Virus genome (UHGV): UHGV-1555466
Length of the DNA stretch: 43,198 bases
Reading direction: 5' to 3' (one strand)
Origin: a virus
The position numbers and the translations under genes are program-made. Positions 1-10,047 of the stretch are shown piece by piece. The notes under the pieces are model-generated. The model saw only the letters and a list, made by a program, of their open reading frames with translations, made no database searches and was not told where the DNA came from. Within the stretch, counting starts at the first letter, position 1; every line of letters begins with the position of its first letter.

Positions 1-16
1 AATAATACCGTTCTCT

Positions 17-105
17 TTAAAAAGTAAAACCCCCGAACTGGTAAGGAACAGGGGGTTTACTTTACAACTTTAATTTTGTGCAGCACGCACCCTCAACAAG
101 AGCGA
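17..105 (-). ncRNA. ohsC: candidate OhsC-like antisense sRNA of the shoB locus (boundaries approximate)
   Basis: Hairpin ccccc(30-34)/ggggg(51-55) with a U-run on the minus strand; 78-101 is a near-copy of shoB leader 326-349, so a minus-strand RNA here is antisense to the shoB 5' UTR; fits the known shoB-ohsC arrangement beside yfhL. Confidence 0.35.
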
Positions 106-419
106 TTATGGATCAGGGCGGTTATCTTTTACAAGCAACTTGCAATCTTTAGCATAAAAACTCGAGCCTTTACGAAGAAAACAATATTGATGGAAAGATT
201 AACGTGACCGCCAATTCGGAAGTACATTAAAATTGGCTTCGTTATTGGCGATTTTGCTGTGCTTTATACCATGCCACAGAATTCCCCCATTGAAACGAGT
301 GGTGTCGTCAAAGCTCTGGTGTGGAGTGCAGCATGCACCCTCAATAACTCGCACGTTCAGTTTTGGGGAGATGTAAGGGCTAATCTGAACGGCTGCATTC
401 CTTGTTTAAGGAAAAACGA

Positions 420-500
420 ATGACTGATTGCCGATACCTTATTAAACGGGTCATCAAAATCATCATTGCTGTTTTACAGCTGATCCTTCTGTTCTTATAA
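420..500 (+). CDS. shoB: type I toxin ShoB, 26-aa hydrophobic peptide
   Basis: ATG 420, TAA 498-500; translation MTDCRYLIKRVIKIIIAVLQLILLFL read directly; below the ORF-track size cutoff. Confidence 0.85.
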   Translation: MTDCRYLIKRVIKIIIAVLQLILLFL

Positions 501-517
501 CATAAGGAAACGTACTT

Positions 518-552
518 AAGGCGCGTCAGGTTAACCAGCCAGGCGCGCCTTT
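518..552 (+). terminator. putative intrinsic terminator after shoB
   Basis: aaggcgcg(518-525) pairs with cgcgcctt(544-551), followed by an A/T-rich run. Confidence 0.4.
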
Positions 553-694
553 AATAATTATAAATAAGTGCTTATACAGATAGTGTTATCATTCATGAAA
601 TAATTGATATTTATGATCACATCACGAAAATAAATATAAGAACCTGAAGGCTCACACTATAAAGTCAACAATAGTCTACTCCAGGAGCAGAATA

Positions 695-964
<270 letters not shown>

Positions 965-1164
965 TTACCGTTAAATCATTTTAAAAATCAGTAAGTTGTA
1001 TCGAGTTTGTATGCTTTACTGTCATTAACTTACTGTATGTTGATCCAGTGTATTTAACCTTGATAAACTCAGTCCAGTAACACAAAGCCGCAACACATTG
1101 CATTTTGTCCCGTAGAAAAGACTTGTATGTGTGTGCTTGTTTTCTGCGCCTACGCAGATAAGGA

Positions 1165-2568
1165 TTGAGAATGCCGCGCACTGTAACACATAATCCGGAT
1201 AGCCCCAATAATGACGATGTTTTAGCCGCATCTGAAAAATGGGACGCCTGTAAACCCCCCTATACCAGCGCACACATGAAAATCTGTGTTGCTGCCGCCA
1301 AAATCATCCTCGCTGCTTCCGGCGTGGCTCGCCGTTCCAAATACGAAAAAGAGAACTATCTCCGTATCGATTTCAGCAAAGCCGGTAAGGTTACATTTTA
1401 CGCCGAGTTTCCAAAAAAGATGGGCCTCAAAGGTAAAAAGCTCGGCGAGTGGCCGGAGCTCGCTATCCAGCTGGCGCGCGAAAAAGCGCTAGGTATGGCT
1501 GACGGTGGCCTGCGGGCAGAGTCCGTACATGCAGCGCTGGAAATGTACCGGGATGACCTCAAAGCCAAAGTCGCCCGGCAGAAGCTGAGCCCGGACAGTT
1601 TCACAACCTACGGGGTGCGTATCGACCGGATTAAAGCAACGTTCGGCGAGCGCGAGGTGTTCAGCGACGTAACATACAATCGGCTGGTGGAAGTGCTGGA
1701 CGAGTGGATCGCTACTCGCTCGAACAATAACGCCCTGGAGTTGTTTGCCGAGCTCTGTCGGTTCTGGAAGTTCTGCGCACCTACTCTTTGCAACGGCCGC
1801 AATGTTGCCGCCAGTCTGCCAGATGATTATGTTTCCTCCCGCGTACAGAAACCTACCCCCACACGGCTTTTTACCGATATTGAATCAATCGCCCGACTCT
1901 GGCTCAATGTTGCTGCCTGCACCTCTGTACACCAGAAGAATGCTGTTCGCTTCATGATCATCACTGGTGTTCGTCCGATTAATGTCCATAACCTGCGCTG
2001 GGACTACGTTCACGAGGAGGCTGGTGAAATTGTTTATCCGGAAGGGGTTATCGGCATGCGAGGGGCTATGAAAACACAAAAGGCTTTCCGCCTGCCGATA
2101 ACCCCTGAGATCCGGCGGATTATCGACGAGCAGAAAGCCTGGCGTGATTCAGTTCCTGAGTGCAACAGGGATTATGTATTTTTGCAGCCACGTGATCCAA
2201 TGCAGCCATTTTCAAAACGATCACTGGATAAGCTGGTGAAAACATACAGCCCGGACGGGGCTGTAAAAGGAATAAAACATGATGGGACTGTTAAAGGGAA
2301 AGACGGTGCATTTAATACGATGTGCCGTAAATTCCTTAAGAGCAATGTTATTGCCTTGATGAAGGAAAGAGGCTATTCCCGCTCAGACCGAAGGGAAATC
2401 AGCCTCCTTTGCCTTCACCACTCCAGCAAGTCAGATGACCCGATGGCAGAACATTACGACTTTTCTGATGAGATTTTACAGGAAGAGATTGCGTTGAAGC
2501 GCGAAGCTTTCGAGGCTCACGAGCGGAGCATACTTGCGCAGGTGGCATTGCTACGGCGGCGAGGTTAA
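1165..2568 (+). CDS. putative phage integrase (divergent tyrosine-recombinase-like)
   Basis: 467-aa ORF directly inside attL; C-terminal region has candidate R..H..Y catalytic residues (RFMIITGVRP, LHHSS, AEHY); family call is inferential. Confidence 0.6.
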   Translation: MRMPRTVTHNPDSPNNDDVLAASEKWDACKPPYTSAHMKICVAAAKIILAASGVARRSKYEKENYLRIDFSKAGKVTFYAEFPKKMGLKGKKLGEWPELAIQLAREKALGMADGGLRAESVHAALEMYRDDLKAKVARQKLSPDSFTTYGVRIDRIKATFGEREVFSDVTYNRLVEVLDEWIATRSNNNALELFAELCRFWKFCAPTLCNGRNVAASLPDDYVSSRVQKPTPTRLFTDIESIARLWLNVAACTSVHQKNAVRFMIITGVRPINVHNLRWDYVHEEAGEIVYPEGVIGMRGAMKTQKAFRLPITPEIRRIIDEQKAWRDSVPECNRDYVFLQPRDPMQPFSKRSLDKLVKTYSPDGAVKGIKHDGTVKGKDGAFNTMCRKFLKSNVIALMKERGYSRSDRREISLLCLHHSSKSDDPMAEHYDFSDEILQEEIALKREAFEAHERSILAQVALLRRRG

Positions 2569-2765
2569 TACTGGCTGCGACATTTTTGAATAAAAGCGTC
2601 GATATTTCGGCGCTCATAACGAACTACTTTTGCACTGAAACGAATTGGTGCCAGGATAGCCCGATGACGATGCTTAATATTCCACTCACATAGCGTTTTC
2701 TGTGTAATACCTAACTTTTGGCATACTTCATCCGGGGTGAGTAAATCGTCGGGTTTCTCGCTCAT
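2565..2765 (-). CDS. AlpA/excisionase-family HTH DNA-binding protein (putative Xis)
   Basis: 66 aa; LLTPDEVCQKLGITQKTL HTH then PIRFSAKVVRYERRNIDAFI, typical of the AlpA/Xis family; last gene of the leftward operon, 4-nt overlap with the helicase. Confidence 0.65.
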   Translation of the reverse strand: MSEKPDDLLTPDEVCQKLGITQKTLCEWNIKHRHRAILAPIRFSAKVVRYERRNIDAFIQKCRSQY

Positions 2766-4156
2766 GCTATACCTCTCTTTTTCATGGCATCGAGCAGGAT
2801 GTCCTGCACTGTTCGTTTTGAGTTGCGCCGCTCCATCACCATTTCATCCATAGTGTCGGCAGCAATAATGTGGTGAATAAATACCGGACGATTGTGTCCG
2901 GCCTGTATCTGCCTGGTGGGGCCGATACGTTCAATAATTTGCTGATATTGCTCCAGGTCCCACCAGTGTGAGAAAAATACCAGTATATTTCCGCCGTCCT
3001 GCATGTTCAGGCCGTGGCCCGCGCTGGCTGGGTGTGCAAAGAGAACAGGAATCTTTCCGGAATTCCAGTCGCGCAGTGTCTGTGGATCCTGGTCGAGGTG
3101 ACGACCGCGAGGGAATGCTTTAAGCAAGCGTTCAAGATCGTGTTTCCAGTGATAAGCAACCAGCACAGGTGCGCCAGCTGCTTCGGTCAGTATGCTGTCC
3201 AGCGCCTGTAGTTTGGTGTCATGCAGTTCTGACCAACTTCCGGTGTCATCTGTGTATACTGCGCCGCTGGCGATTTGCAGACACTTCAGTGTCTTTGCCG
3301 CGGCGTTCGGTGCTTCGATGCCTTCGCCATTCAGCTCGAGGAACATTTCCTTTTCCATTTCACGATACTGCTGACGGGCCTTCGGTGGCATATCCACGCG
3401 GATTACGTTATGGATGGGGTCTTTGATATCGAACCAGTCGGCCGCATCCAGCGAGAGGGTTACATCGGCTAACGCTCGCTGTATTTCACCCTGTGAGTGA
3501 GCAAAAGGCTCCAGTTTGGTCCAGCTCTGCCCCGGAAACTGTATCGAGTTGAACCAGCGTGAGGTAAACGCGCCGTAAGTGCGCCCGAGACGTTGCCCCT
3601 GGTCCACAAACCACGATTGTCCCCACAAATCTACCAGGCCGTTCGGTGCTGGCGTACCGGTGAGATTTATCCAGCGCCGGACATACTTATGCGCCACTTT
3701 GCCCAGCGCCGCCGCGCGCTTACCACCACCGCGCAGCCGGAAGGATTTTAGCCGGGTGCTTTCATCTGGAATGACAGTACCGAACGGCCATCGTTCTCCC
3801 AATTCTTCAATCAGCCAGACAAGGTTATCGTAGTTGATGGTGAACACGCTTGCGTTGCTGTTCGTCAGCGCCATAGAGCGCGCTTTGGCATTACCAATAA
3901 TTGGCTGCACCTCGATATTGCGCAAATGTCCCCACTTCAGTGCTTCATCCGGCCATGTGCTGGCAGCCACGCGCAGCGGCGCGAGGACCAGTGCGGGGCA
4001 TGTTTCTGCCCCTGCCATAAAGAGATCTTCCAGCGCAGTGAGCGTTGCCACGGTTTTACCCATTCCCATCCCCGCCCAGATGTTGCCGCGCAGGGTTTCG
4101 GTTTCGTGGTTGATAATGAGAACTTGGTAGGGGCGAGGTATATATTTTGGGGGCAT
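2762..4156 (-). CDS. SNF2-family helicase (phage replication/recombination)
   Basis: Walker A GMGKT, DEST(DExx) box, LTGTPAPNG motif III, C-terminal helicase domain. Confidence 0.8.
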   Translation of the reverse strand: MPPKYIPRPYQVLIINHETETLRGNIWAGMGMGKTVATLTALEDLFMAGAETCPALVLAPLRVAASTWPDEALKWGHLRNIEVQPIIGNAKARSMALTNSNASVFTINYDNLVWLIEELGERWPFGTVIPDESTRLKSFRLRGGGKRAAALGKVAHKYVRRWINLTGTPAPNGLVDLWGQSWFVDQGQRLGRTYGAFTSRWFNSIQFPGQSWTKLEPFAHSQGEIQRALADVTLSLDAADWFDIKDPIHNVIRVDMPPKARQQYREMEKEMFLELNGEGIEAPNAAAKTLKCLQIASGAVYTDDTGSWSELHDTKLQALDSILTEAAGAPVLVAYHWKHDLERLLKAFPRGRHLDQDPQTLRDWNSGKIPVLFAHPASAGHGLNMQDGGNILVFFSHWWDLEQYQQIIERIGPTRQIQAGHNRPVFIHHIIAADTMDEMVMERRNSKRTVQDILLDAMKKRGIA

Positions 4157-4218
4157 ATAATATGGCTCCTAAACAACAAAAGGCCAATTTAGACCTTTTG
4201 TTGTTTTAAAAATGTTAT

Positions 4219-5136
4219 TTATAATAGTGCTGTTACTATTGCATCTTTAAAAATATTTTCTTCTTCATTTATTAAAGGTGATGACAGATGAATAATTACT
4301 TCTTTTCCTGTCAATACTATTTGCTCGACTTGAAATCCTGCGTTGTGTAGTCTTTGGCGTAACTTTTCTAGTGCTGATTTTGATATACTAAATCCTTCAC
4401 TCCTTATAGTATAACTGGCAACTCCATTTTTAATAATATCTACAGAGTTGTCAATTTCCTGCTGCGAGTAATTTTTCGGTGAGTCGAAAAATCTGGATTT
4501 TGTCGTTGCTGTTGCCCTAAGAGATATCAATAATGATTTGATATCTTTAATCTCAGATGCCAGATACTCAGTTTCTGATACTTCTTTCTGGTCTAGTTGT
4601 GCAACTTTGAAAGTGCCAAAATGTTTGAGGAATGTTGTGTATTCAGGATCAGTTACTGACTTTAAATATGTTTCTTTTATCTTGCTCGCAAGTCTTTCTT
4701 TGAATAAATTGATTGATTGGTATCTTAAATCCGAAGGGTACTCTAAATGTTCAATTGATGAAATGTCAAAGCTATAAGGAGTGCGCTCGTCCTTAATAAT
4801 TACGGTCGGTTTGTCAAATGCGAGACGCATTCCTAATTCAAACATTACATTAGCGTTTCGAGCACTTATATCGCAAACAACTATGGGGTTTTCATAAAGA
4901 TTTTGAACAATTCGTTTTTGTATTACTGCAACATCATCATCTGAACTTACCAAATTTGCCTTGAATCCGGCATCATTTGATGCTTCACAAATAATGTCAT
5001 GAACATTTCTCCAATGTCCAGTGGGATAACCTTCTATGTCCGCAATTGGCATAATAATGCCGCATATATGAGGTGGCATATTTTTGTTGTCTTTTACATC
5101 ATCTTGGTTTATTTCTTTCGTTTGTTGCTTAGCCAT
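4219..5136 (-). CDS. hypothetical protein with N-terminal TIR-like/nucleoside-deoxyribosyltransferase-like flavodoxin-fold domain; AT-rich moron
   Basis: 305 aa; motif IVVCDISARNANVMFELGMRLAFDKPTVII...EYPSD parallels the 253-aa protein at 5866-6627; strongly AT-rich versus neighbours. Confidence 0.5.
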   Translation of the reverse strand: MAKQQTKEINQDDVKDNKNMPPHICGIIMPIADIEGYPTGHWRNVHDIICEASNDAGFKANLVSSDDDVAVIQKRIVQNLYENPIVVCDISARNANVMFELGMRLAFDKPTVIIKDERTPYSFDISSIEHLEYPSDLRYQSINLFKERLASKIKETYLKSVTDPEYTTFLKHFGTFKVAQLDQKEVSETEYLASEIKDIKSLLISLRATATTKSRFFDSPKNYSQQEIDNSVDIIKNGVASYTIRSEGFSISKSALEKLRQRLHNAGFQVEQIVLTGKEVIIHLSSPLINEEENIFKDAIVTALL

Positions 5137-5151
5137 AGCTTACACAGACTC

Positions 5152-5436
5152 CTATTGTAATTTTTTGCCTAATATACATGAAAGCTCCTTACTATCCAGT
5201 ACTACCACGGTAAAGCCCAGTTTTCGCAGACGTTCATGCTCGCGCAACTGATCAGGTCGTGGTGGTTTGCCTGGTGCTTTGCATTCGACAAAGACGATGC
5301 GACCGCCGGGTAGCAGAACAATGCGATCTGGTACCGAGCGGAGACCGGGAGATACGAACTTAAAGGCAACCCCGCCAGCCTTTTTTACTTCAGCGACGAG
5401 GTGCTTTTCGATTAGGTTTTCACGTTCATAGGCCAT
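5152..5436 (-). CDS. VRR-NUC domain nuclease
   Basis: 94 aa with PD-(D/E)xK-like core (PDRIVLL...VFVECKAPGKPPRPDQ); the usual partner of phage SNF2 helicases. Confidence 0.75.
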   Translation of the reverse strand: MAYERENLIEKHLVAEVKKAGGVAFKFVSPGLRSVPDRIVLLPGGRIVFVECKAPGKPPRPDQLREHERLRKLGFTVVVLDSKELSCILGKKLQ

Positions 5437-5630
5437 TAGCTTTCGCCTTCCTGCTTTTTGCGTTTCTTCATGCAGATAGCGCAGTTCTCAGGATGGTCAT
5501 GCCATTCGTCAATCCTGATACCTGTGAACATCCATTTTCCGCATAGTGATATGGCTTCCCCCGAATTAAAGAAATGTGCTTTTTTCGACAGGGCGGGGAA
5601 CCCCCAACCTTTATTATCGATATTAGACAT
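5436..5630 (-). CDS. small hypothetical protein, possible zinc ribbon
   Basis: 64 aa, start/stop overlaps VRR-NUC; C..C...H.H...C..C spacing. Confidence 0.45.
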   Translation of the reverse strand: MSNIDNKGWGFPALSKKAHFFNSGEAISLCGKWMFTGIRIDEWHDHPENCAICMKKRKKQEGES

Positions 5631-5810
5631 CGTCCACCTCCTTACGCTTTTCGCGCATGTTCTGCATCAGACAAAAATCAAACCGACGTTCGCTTTGGCC
5701 CAGACCTGCATCGCCCGGTCGTACCCGCTGGACTGTTCAAGGCGCAAAGCCTCCCGTGCAGTCCGGTAATAAAGCGGACTGTCCCGGTATTTAAATGACA
5801 TAGGGTTTTT

Positions 5811-5841
5811 ATTCCCAAATAAAAAACCCCGCAATGCAGGG
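5811..5841 (-). terminator. intrinsic terminator after the 253-aa TIR-like gene
   Basis: Hairpin 5827-5841 followed on the minus strand by UUUUUUAUUU. Confidence 0.55.
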
Positions 5842-5865
5842 TTGTAATCAACAATAAGGGGGTAA

Positions 5866-6627
5866 TTACGAGGAAGCGTTAGCTATTTGAGCTTGTGTAA
5901 ATTCGAAACCAGAATTTTGTAACCGTTGCACTAGACGAGGAACTGTTTCACGTACATGGTCGTTGAAATTCAGATACAAAATCCCGTTAGCATCAGAAGG
6001 CTGTTCTAGGTGCTGTTTCTGAAGGATTGCTACATTGCTGCGCCCTAAGGACGAAAGAAGCATACCCATCTCGAGTACAACGTTCTGTCTTGCGCGGGGT
6101 TGGATTTCTGCTTCACCGGCGCGCTTTGAGTATCCCATATCATCAGGTGTCAAAAGAACAATCCCGAAACGAGTAGCAGTTTGTCCTTGCCCAATTTCAC
6201 GTTCAAGCTCTTCAATAATGGTGAGTCCAGTCCCTCCCGTATTCTGCAAAATGAAATGGTCTGGTAATCCAAGTTTATGAAGGATTAGCTCAAGTTGTTC
6301 CTTTGCAGTATGGTCATGGCCGTGAACAATGAATATCTTTTTGGGAAGCTCAGATGGCTGTTCTACGGCTAGTGGTGTTGCCGTGGGGGGCGTTCCTAAA
6401 TGGGACATTATTGCAGTTTCAACATTGGGACGTTCTTGAGGGTTCCCTTGAAACTGAATGGTCCGGGTGGTGTAAAGGTTAACAATTACGCCATTCGTTA
6501 AACGATAGCAGTCATAAGTCTCACGCTGTTCGTGGGAAAAATTGGTGAACCCACACTCCCTCAAAAAGTCAGGAAAAGATTCTCTCGGGTATGGATAGTT
6601 GATCGGCATTTCAGTTAGTTCCTGCAT
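5866..6627 (-). CDS. TIR-like domain protein (COG4271/PF10137-like C-terminal domain, unknown N-terminal domain)
   Basis: 253 aa; KKIFIVHGHD...FGIVLLTPDD...RARQNVVLEMGMLLSSLGRSNVAIL...EQPSD; own terminator downstream. Confidence 0.55.
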   Translation of the reverse strand: MQELTEMPINYPYPRESFPDFLRECGFTNFSHEQRETYDCYRLTNGVIVNLYTTRTIQFQGNPQERPNVETAIMSHLGTPPTATPLAVEQPSELPKKIFIVHGHDHTAKEQLELILHKLGLPDHFILQNTGGTGLTIIEELEREIGQGQTATRFGIVLLTPDDMGYSKRAGEAEIQPRARQNVVLEMGMLLSSLGRSNVAILQKQHLEQPSDANGILYLNFNDHVRETVPRLVQRLQNSGFEFTQAQIANASS

Positions 6628-6691
6628 AAGTATTGTTCCTTTAATTTACTCGAATTCAGCATGTCGCCATAGCTCGATAAGGTGAGTTATA

Positions 6692-8755
6692 TCAATCTTT
6701 TTTGTAGTGGTACGCCTCAAAGCCGCCAGCGTTCAGCGGAATATCGGGTGCCCATTCGGGGTTAGTGGAGAGAAGCGCGGAAAGCGCTTTATCGTTGAAA
6801 TCTTCTGTGTCTGGTGCTTCGGTGATCACCTCGTCGTGTACCGTTAGCACAATGCTGTAACCGGCACCCTCGATCAGCGGCATGTTTCTGGCTAGAACGT
6901 CGCGGGCGGCCGCCTGGGTGACGTTCTCCACCAGCTTTCCGCCGTAGGTTTTGAGTCGTTGCCATTTACGCGAATAAGAGTTAACACCCATGTAGGTGAT
7001 ATTCCCTTGTTCGATAACCGGAGACGGGTAGCATACAGCGCGTCCGGATGGTAGCTGTATGCGCAGCCACGCGCCATCACGTCGGATTTTAAGATAGCCG
7101 CAATACAATGTTTTTTGCGGTGTGGCGATTGCTGTGCGGACAGTGCGCTCCAGCTCGTACCAGAAATCGCAGGTCGCCGGGTGCGCCCTGCGCCACAGGC
7201 GCTTGAGCGAGTCACATGCGATGAATACACGCTCGGACAGGCCAAAGGTCGACTTACGCTTAACCGATTCGTCGTACCAGCTTTTTGCCTCGCGGATAAC
7301 ATCGCGGGGAATGTTTGGCAGTGCGGCGTTCGCCAGCTCGTCGAGATCGAGACCGTAAACCAGAGCAAAAGTGATGAAAGCCGATACACCACCTCCATAA
7401 CCCAGACCGAGTTCCATGACTTTACCGATCTGACGCATGTGTTTATCAACATCATCTGGTGCAATATCGAAAGCTTTTGCATACGCCAGTTTATATAAGT
7501 CCGGACCCGTTCCAGCGTCATACTCTCTGAATGCATTCAGTTTCCATTCTTCTCCCGCCAGCCATGCCAGCATACGGCCTTCAATGTTTGACAAGTCACT
7601 TACCACTAGTTTTTTGCCTGTTGGCGCGATAATGCAGCCACGTAACGCTGAACTGGTTAGTTCCATGATATTGTCAAACAGCAGGTCTGCACATCCGGCT
7701 TTCAGTGCTTCGATGCCTTCGTCTATTTGTTCCTGTTTTAGTGAAGGGCGGGGAAGGTTCTGGGGCTGGAATAGCCGTCCGGCCCAACGACCGGTACGTG
7801 ACGCCCCGCAGAACTGTAGCGTACCGCGTAAGCGCCCGTCGTGGCTTACGCCTTTCATCAGTGCCTTGTATTTACTGGTGCTGGTAGTACTGGCTTGCAG
7901 GCGGATAGCCAGCAGTTCTTTCACGGCAGATGATAAATCGGGGTCGGCCATACGACGTTCCAGGGTACTGCGTTGCATGTCTGGTAGCTCCACACCGTAG
8001 GATTCAACGATGTGCTTAATCAACGCGTCCCGTTGTGTGGCTGCCTGCACTTCGCCATCAGTCATTTCCTGTGTACGCTTTGCCAGGCGCTTTTGCTCCT
8101 GGTCTACCGCTTCGATCGCAGCGCGCGCGAGTTGCATGTCCATGCAGACGCCCCGGTCGTTGATCTGCTGATCACGATGCCAGAGCGCCAGCTCTGTCCC
8201 CTGATAATTCCACTTCGGCAGACGTTTATAGACTTCACGCATTGCTTCGATATCCAGTCCGGCGTAAGCAACAAAGCGCCGCCATTCTTCCGGATGGGTT
8301 TTACTGGTGGCCCGACGCAGTTTGCTGTTTTTCGGACGTGGCTTACAGAACAGCTGGATCAGCGCTTTACCTTCTTTGTCCTTCGCTTTGTCTTGCGGGA
8401 CGCCTAGTACTTCGCAGAGTTCCCCCAGAGACCCCGGGAGACCGTGCGCCAGCGCCTGCACCATCGTGTCGCGCCAACGTTCGACTGGCGGTGCCAGTCG
8501 CGGCATTGCATAACGCAGAACGGTGCGGTCGAAGTGAGAGTTATGGAAATAAAGCAGGGTTTCAGGGTCTGCGATTGCTTCGTATAAGCCGTGTGGAATA
8601 CCACCACCGGCAGTGATATCCCACACGTTTACTGGCCCGTCGTTGATAGCCCATGCGAAAAGCATCACTTCAACGCCTTCGGCATACGCATGGGTACCGT
8701 TCGTAATAGGGATTTCGCAATAGGTTTCCAGGTCGCCCCATAGTATATTGGACAT
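6692..8755 (-). CDS. family A DNA polymerase with N-terminal 3'-5' exonuclease domain
   Basis: 687 aa; motif A DLSNIEGR, motif [13 protein letters not shown], motif C VHDEV. Confidence 0.85.
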   Translation of the reverse strand: MSNILWGDLETYCEIPITNGTHAYAEGVEVMLFAWAINDGPVNVWDITAGGGIPHGLYEAIADPETLLYFHNSHFDRTVLRYAMPRLAPPVERWRDTMVQALAHGLPGSLGELCEVLGVPQDKAKDKEGKALIQLFCKPRPKNSKLRRATSKTHPEEWRRFVAYAGLDIEAMREVYKRLPKWNYQGTELALWHRDQQINDRGVCMDMQLARAAIEAVDQEQKRLAKRTQEMTDGEVQAATQRDALIKHIVESYGVELPDMQRSTLERRMADPDLSSAVKELLAIRLQASTTSTSKYKALMKGVSHDGRLRGTLQFCGASRTGRWAGRLFQPQNLPRPSLKQEQIDEGIEALKAGCADLLFDNIMELTSSALRGCIIAPTGKKLVVSDLSNIEGRMLAWLAGEEWKLNAFREYDAGTGPDLYKLAYAKAFDIAPDDVDKHMRQIGKVMELGLGYGGGVSAFITFALVYGLDLDELANAALPNIPRDVIREAKSWYDESVKRKSTFGLSERVFIACDSLKRLWRRAHPATCDFWYELERTVRTAIATPQKTLYCGYLKIRRDGAWLRIQLPSGRAVCYPSPVIEQGNITYMGVNSYSRKWQRLKTYGGKLVENVTQAAARDVLARNMPLIEGAGYSIVLTVHDEVITEAPDTEDFNDKALSALLSTNPEWAPDIPLNAGGFEAYHYKKD

Positions 8756-8801
8756 GTGTTTACCTAGGTTTTTATTCTATTAACTGATTAAAAGATTAAT
8801 T

Positions 8802-9431
8802 ATGCATATGATCCAATACTTGATTGACCATACAGAGCATCTGGAGAAAATAGCTGGATATATTTTTTCATGTTTGATTGTTATGGGAGTCTGGATAAGA
8901 AAGATCATTTTTAATTATAAGTATAAAGAGCCTAAATATGTCAAGAAGTTAATTTTATATTTAATTAAGTATGAACGTTATCTGGATAAGGAGGATAAGA
9001 AAGCCATAGAAAAAAGAATAAATGATAAAATTATTCGTGATGCGCTGAAATTGCAATCCTCTTATAACCGAAGAGATGTTATTTACATTTGCAATAGATT
9101 AGAAAAAAGACAGTATATAAATCAGTTGATTAAGCTTCAGAATTATATAGAGAAAGATAACGGAGTGTTTTTTATTAATGTTGATTTTTCAGGTTTTTTA
9201 TTTATTATTAGTCGTCTGTTTTCCTTTCTGTGTTTTGTGCTGTTTACCCTTTTTTCTATTATCTGCATTATTTCCATAGGGCAAAATGAAGGCCTTTTAA
9301 ATTATCTTGTGTATATGGTTATGATAATAGTTTTAGAGACTGTTGGTTTTTGGATGTATGATACTTTCCCGTCTAAGAAAAAGATCTGTGAACTAAATAA
9401 AGAATTGAGAAAGATTAAGATTCCTGAGTGA
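8802..9431 (+). CDS. hypothetical membrane protein (AT-rich moron, antisense to replication operon)
   Basis: 209 aa, very AT-rich; N-terminal hydrophobic segment and C-terminal transmembrane cluster flanking a Lys/Glu-rich region. Confidence 0.6.
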   Translation: MHMIQYLIDHTEHLEKIAGYIFSCLIVMGVWIRKIIFNYKYKEPKYVKKLILYLIKYERYLDKEDKKAIEKRINDKIIRDALKLQSSYNRRDVIYICNRLEKRQYINQLIKLQNYIEKDNGVFFINVDFSGFLFIISRLFSFLCFVLFTLFSIICIISIGQNEGLLNYLVYMVMIIVLETVGFWMYDTFPSKKKICELNKELRKIKIPE

Positions 9432-9449
9432 TTATACGCCTAATCAGTA

Positions 9450-9468
9450 GCCCGGTGTTTAACCGGGC
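9450..9468. terminator. hairpin between convergent genes (putative bidirectional terminator)
   Basis: gcccgg(9450-9455) / ccgggc(9463-9468), loop tgtttaa; no clean U-run. Confidence 0.35.
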
Positions 9469-9483
9469 GTCTATGAAGTAGGG

Positions 9484-10032
9484 TTAAATTAGTGCTTCAG
9501 CATCAGCACCTTCGCTGATATCGTCGAAATCGTCAGCGCTTGCCACTCCGCCGCCAGCGAATGCATCGCCGTCTCGCAGGAACTGGACTCCGCCGAGTGA
9601 GGCATTAATGCGTTTACCGAAATTATTGTCCTGTGCCCAGATATCGATAACGGCGTTTACATAGCACCCTGCATAAGGACGTCCGTCAGCCTGAATAAGT
9701 GGCGAACGATCGCGATCAAGAACAGCTGGGCGCGCTTTGTTAGCAGCATTCAGGAAGAAATTGCCGGGGAAGCCTTCATACTCTGCTTTTTCATCACCAT
9801 CATGCAGGCACAGATTGAGTTTTTTCTCCAGCTGGTTATAAATGGGCTCCCACTTCTCTCCCCATTTTTCCTTCGCTACCTGCTTCATAGCTTTACGGAT
9901 TTCTTCCAGTTGTGGGTGTTTGGGAGACATTAAAAATACTGCGGAGAAACGCGGATCGCCTTCGCCGTTTACAGTTTTAGCTTCAAACAGAGACGGGAAG
10001 GCCAGACGAACATTGTTCAGCTTCAGTTTCAT
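9484..10032 (-). CDS. DUF2815-family phage single-stranded-DNA-binding-like protein
   Basis: 182 aa; acidic C-terminal tail ADDFDDISEGADAEALI typical of SSBs. Confidence 0.65.
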   Translation of the reverse strand: MKLKLNNVRLAFPSLFEAKTVNGEGDPRFSAVFLMSPKHPQLEEIRKAMKQVAKEKWGEKWEPIYNQLEKKLNLCLHDGDEKAEYEGFPGNFFLNAANKARPAVLDRDRSPLIQADGRPYAGCYVNAVIDIWAQDNNFGKRINASLGGVQFLRDGDAFAGGGVASADDFDDISEGADAEALI

Positions 10033-10047
10033 GGGTATTTCCTTAAA

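Noticed and set aside
981-1273. Two minus-strand ORFs (75 and 82 aa) between yfhL and the integrase
   Set aside because: They overlap the att arm and the integrase start, have no RBS and odd composition; the region is better explained as attL arm plus int promoter.
3014-4192. Multiple 60-98 aa plus-strand ORFs inside the SNF2 helicase gene
   Set aside because: Cys/Arg-rich low-complexity translations antisense to a gene with clear helicase motifs.
6892-8000. Long ORFs inside the DNA polymerase gene on either strand (6892-7536 minus, 7115-7498 plus, 7437-8000 plus)
   Set aside because: Shadow ORFs typical of GC-rich coding DNA; low-complexity Ser/Arg/Ala-rich translations, no RBS, wholly contained in a gene with clear polymerase motifs.
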